From assembly GCF_030028105.1 (NCBI RefSeq), contig NC_092392.1:7332613-7396612 (forward strand): a stretch of 64,000 nt of DNA, read 5' to 3'. The notes beneath the pieces are model-generated. The model saw nothing but the letters and a program-made list of their open reading frames with translations, was not told where the DNA came from and searched no databases. This DNA is from Mobula birostris (lineage: Eukaryota). Every line of letters begins with the position of its first letter. Position 1 is the first letter of the stretch. Positions 60,066-64,000 of the stretch are shown in pieces. A program made the translations under genes and the position numbers.

Positions 60066-62309
60066 TTATATTCAGTCAATCATATCTTTAACTTGGCAGA
60101 GGGGTGGCTTAGAAATTAGTGAAGCAGTAACAGTGGTTTCCTTAATATCTCTCTCCTTGCCATTACCTCCACTATCTTTATATTCCCTTTTACCTCACGT
60201 CTTCAACTTCTCCTTTAAAAACCTTCATCTATTATAGGCAACTCTGCAATGATTAATTGAAGGCTTTCTCCAATGCCAGCTTGACCTTTATCAGTTTTTG
60301 TGTTTTTTGTTAAAATTGCCTATTCTCTGTTATTGTGAAAATTCACAGAATTTATTTGTTCTCGAGACTCTGTTAAGCAAATGCGTAATATATTATTCTT
60401 TCAAGTTTCTCTAATTTGTGCCTTAAAAGTGCATTGAGGCCTATGGGAGAGAATAAGAATGCTGCTATTATTATTTATTCAGTGCCAGTTGTTTACCTGA
60501 GAATTGAGTTTATGAAATGCATTGTCATGTTGGGCTATACCCTAAAGGGACATATCGTATGCGGGTTTAGCAGAGCAGTGAGAGGTTGGACTGTGTTTGC
60601 TCAATCATCCCATCCTTGTTGTAAGAGGAGAGGAAGTGCGTTCCACCACATTCTACCAAGGAGGCCACCTACAGTGTCGAATGCAGTAACAAGATAGCCA
60701 AAAATGCACGAGTTGGATTGCAAGTTGCATAACAAAGGCAGCAACATCCTGTTCAGGACTAGAAAAGTAAACTTGCAGTAAATTGACAAAGTGATATTTG
60801 TCTAAACGGTGCATATTTAAGAGTTGTTAATGTTTATAGGGGTACCTATAATGAGCTATGGTGATTAGATCTAATTTAATATGTGGCAAATCAGGTTAAT
60901 TAGGAAAAAGTGATATCCCCAAGAAATGAGACAGGAGCACGATCGTTACAAGATTTTTGAATATGATCATCACACAGTTGAGAAAAATCTTTAAATATGT
61001 AAATATTTTAGGTTGTGTCTACATGTGAGATAAGGAATGGTAATTTGGAATAATCCAGGCTGGATTTTTGGACATTTTCAGCTTCAATCTTACTAATAAT
61101 TAATGATTAGAGATAAAATAACTATAAAGATATCAATGGTCTATTTGTAATGGGAATTTTTGTGGGTATTTTTGTGCAAGGAATCCATTTCACATATTGG
61201 TGGACAAATGTCATGTATTTATTGGAGCACCTTGTATTTGAATCTGAATGAAATGATTAAGGACCAACATTAGCATATTTCAGTGCAATGTAGGTGAAAA
61301 TATTGTAAAACTAAACAATGACTTGGCAGTATTGTGATGATACATTTATTGTTGGTCCTCATTTGCAATTTAAACCAAAGAATATAGTTCCCAGGTTAAA
61401 TCGTGAAACTTTACTTGAGATTAGGGATAGATAATCCTCTGCTTTTTCTGCCCATACAGAAGAAAGACCAAACTAAAGGAAGCCAGAGTTAAGCAGCTAA
61501 AGTTCATTAGTTTTGTATTTTTAGTAATCTTGGTTTTAAACACTGAAGTATGCTTCCAACCTCGTAATTCTCCATAATCATCCTTTATTGATTGCATCTT
61601 CTATCCTCAATGTAATTGTAGCAGTAACTCTAAATGTCATGTTTCTGGTATAACATTATTGAGTCCACGATATATATAGACATCTTGTGTAACTGAGCAC
61701 TATGTTAAAGTTTAGATCATTTATTGTACAAAAATCATGTCTTTTGATTTTAAATCAGGATTGTCAGCTTATTACCATGTTTTTGAATCGTAGGTTCACT
61801 GGCAGTCTCTAAGTCCAGTATAGAGCTTGGATGCTTTGCTGCCAGAGCTAACGTCCTTCAGAAGAAATGTTAACCTTAAGAATTTGCTTGTTCTGAAGGT
61901 TTGTCATTTTGGTAGACTCCAACTAACGGCATGTCCTGTCTAGGGTTCTTCAGTTTAAACAGCACATTAGGAAAAGAACTAATTCATCTCATTTGTCAGA
62001 CCTTGCTGTGCACAGTCTGGATTCTACATGAAATACTTAATTAAATGCGATGAGCTTAGAGATAAGTGGTTAGCTCTATCAAGGAGCCAGCATCGTCACG
62101 GTGTCGAGTGGCCACCTCCTGTGCTCTTTGATTCTGTGATTGATGAGGTACTCTGTAAATAAATCTTTCATTCAAGTTAAGCACCTCAATTTCATTTACT
62201 CAATCCCAGTGTTTTAACTCCGTGCAGCATTCAGAACGTTGGCATGAAGTATAGTTTTTGAGCTTGAATCCATCACATGTTTGATTGCTATGTAAATTAC
62301 TGAAAATAA

Positions 62310-63150
62310 TTAAATTGATGGAGTCGTAGATAGTGAGGAAAATTGTCAAAGGATTCTGCAGGATACAAATTGGTTATAAATACGAATGGAGAAATAGCAA
62401 ATGGAATCTCTGCTGAGCAAGTGTGAGTTTTGCACTTGGAGGTCAAGTATAAGGGGAAAATTTATTGTAGGAATATATAGTAAATGACAGGACCCTGAAG
62501 AGCACTGACGTACAAAGGTCTTGCCTCCCTGAAAGTTTCAGTTCAAGTATATAGGGTGATAAAGATGGCATATGGCATACTTGCCTTTATCGGTTGGAGC
62601 ATTGAGTGCAAGAGTCAGGAAGTCTTGCCACAGCTGTACAAAACTGGTCAGACTTCATGTGGAGTATAGCGTGCATTTTTGGTTGCCCCATTACAAGAAG
62701 AATGTGGAGGCTTTGGATAAAAGATGCAGAAAAGGTTCACCTGAATGCTGCCTGGATTAGAGAGTACTAACTATAAGGAGAAGTTGGAGAAACGTGAATT
62801 TTTTCCCTAGTGTGTGGAGGAGGAAAGACTTGATAGAGGTCTATAAAATTGTGAGAGTAGGGTAGATGAAGCCTTTTTCCATGATAGATATAGCTTGGAT
62901 GTAAAGAGGAGGAAAAAGTTTAAAGGAAATTTGCAGGTAAGTTTATTTTGCCTGGAAAGTGGTAGGTGCTTGGAATGTACTGATGAAAATGGATATGAAT
63001 TTGGCATTTCAGAGACATTTAGACATGCATGTGAATATGAAAGGAATTGGAGGTACATTGGATCATGTACAGGTGAATTGGTTTACTTTAATTTGGCATC
63101 ATGGTCTGTCGGGCCAGTTCCTGTGCTGTGTTATCCTGTGTTCTATAGCC
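62310..63150 (+). mobile_element. Degenerate CR1 3' part
   Basis: Encodes LVRLHVEYSVHFWLPHYKKNVEAL. Tail is cctgtgctgtgttatcctgtgttcta. Confidence 0.8.
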
Positions 63151-63574
63151 ACCCCTGACAGAATTACATCAACTTGCCTGTTTCCAGTGGAAGTATTCCC
63201 AAAGTTATTTTGGTCCACATTGCCACTGGTTAGATAACCCAAATAAAGCTGATACAATGAAGCCTAATATGTCCGACATCAATCTTCTGCTCAACTCAAG
63301 TCAAAGAAATTGCTTTTATTTGTCATATCACTCATTTAACGTGCGCTCAGAACAGATTTCTCCTCCCCTCCCATTTTTTCCTCTTTCGGAAAGATTCAGT
63401 CCAAACTATTTTCCCTTCTTATTGGTAATTTTGGAGAGCAAGGCCATTGTCTCTACTTACCCCTATAGTCTGATTTTACTGTCAGTGAATCCTTTAGCAG
63501 GCTTGAACCTCTTAGGCTTTTGCATGATTTCAGCTGTCAGATTAAGCCAGCTATCCAACAGCTTGAGAATTTCA

Positions 63575-64000
63575 TTGAGAGGTGATTGTGGACTTCCGGA
63601 AGAGTGAGACAAAGGAACACATACCAATCCTCATAGAAGTATGAGAAGTGGAGACAGTGAGCAGTTTCAAGTTCCTGGGTGTCAAGATCTCTGAGGATCT
63701 AACCTGGTCCCAGTATATTGATGCAGTTATAAAGAAGGCAAGACAGTGGTTATACTTTATTAGGAGTTTGAAGAGATTTGGTATGTCAACAAATACACAC
63801 AAGAATTTCTATAGATGTAGCATGGAGAGCATTCTGACAGGCTGCATCACTGTCTGGTATGGTGGGGGGTAGCTACTGCACAGGACTGAAAGAAGCTGCA
63901 GAGGGTTGTAAATCTGGTCAGCTCCATCTTGGGTACTAGCCTACAAAGTACCCAGGACATCTTTAGGGAGCGGTGTCTCAGAAAGGCAGCGTCCTTTATT
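63575..64000 (+). mobile_element. Rex/Babar LINE fragment, continuing past the window end
   Basis: Encodes VSSFKFLGVKISEDLTWS..KKARQWLYFIRSLKRFG..FYRCSMESILTGCITVWYG. Highly similar to 14760-15080. Confidence 0.9.

Overview
This is a eukaryotic, AT-rich, repeat-dense window. The repeat content (CR1, Rex/Babar, RTE and L1 LINEs, V-SINE-like tRNA SINEs, Penelope elements, Gypsy, Tc1/mariner/Tigger, hAT, Harbinger) resembles a cartilaginous fish genome such as a ray or shark; that assignment is an inference. I recognise no intact host protein-coding gene. The ORFs I could interpret are broken transposon fragments or their antisense shadows. The unique stretches look T/G-rich on the + strand, which would fit a large intron, and contain two weak micro-exon candidates. 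The most notable signal is a family of Penelope-derived terminal repeats carrying minimal type-I hammerhead ribozyme motifs (AGTC-CTGAYGA-stem II-GAAA-CG-TC^GACT). These occur at the 3' end of GIY-YIG-encoding elements, as short stand-alone insertions ending at the ribozyme, as a TSD-flanked head-to-tail dimer (7137-7340), and as fold-back mini-elements. Other points of interest are a perfect 92-bp palindrome at a CR1-into-L1 insertion site, multi-layer nested insertions with readable TSDs, and sequence shared between unrelated DNA transposon families. All family assignments come from motif recognition by eye, without database searches.
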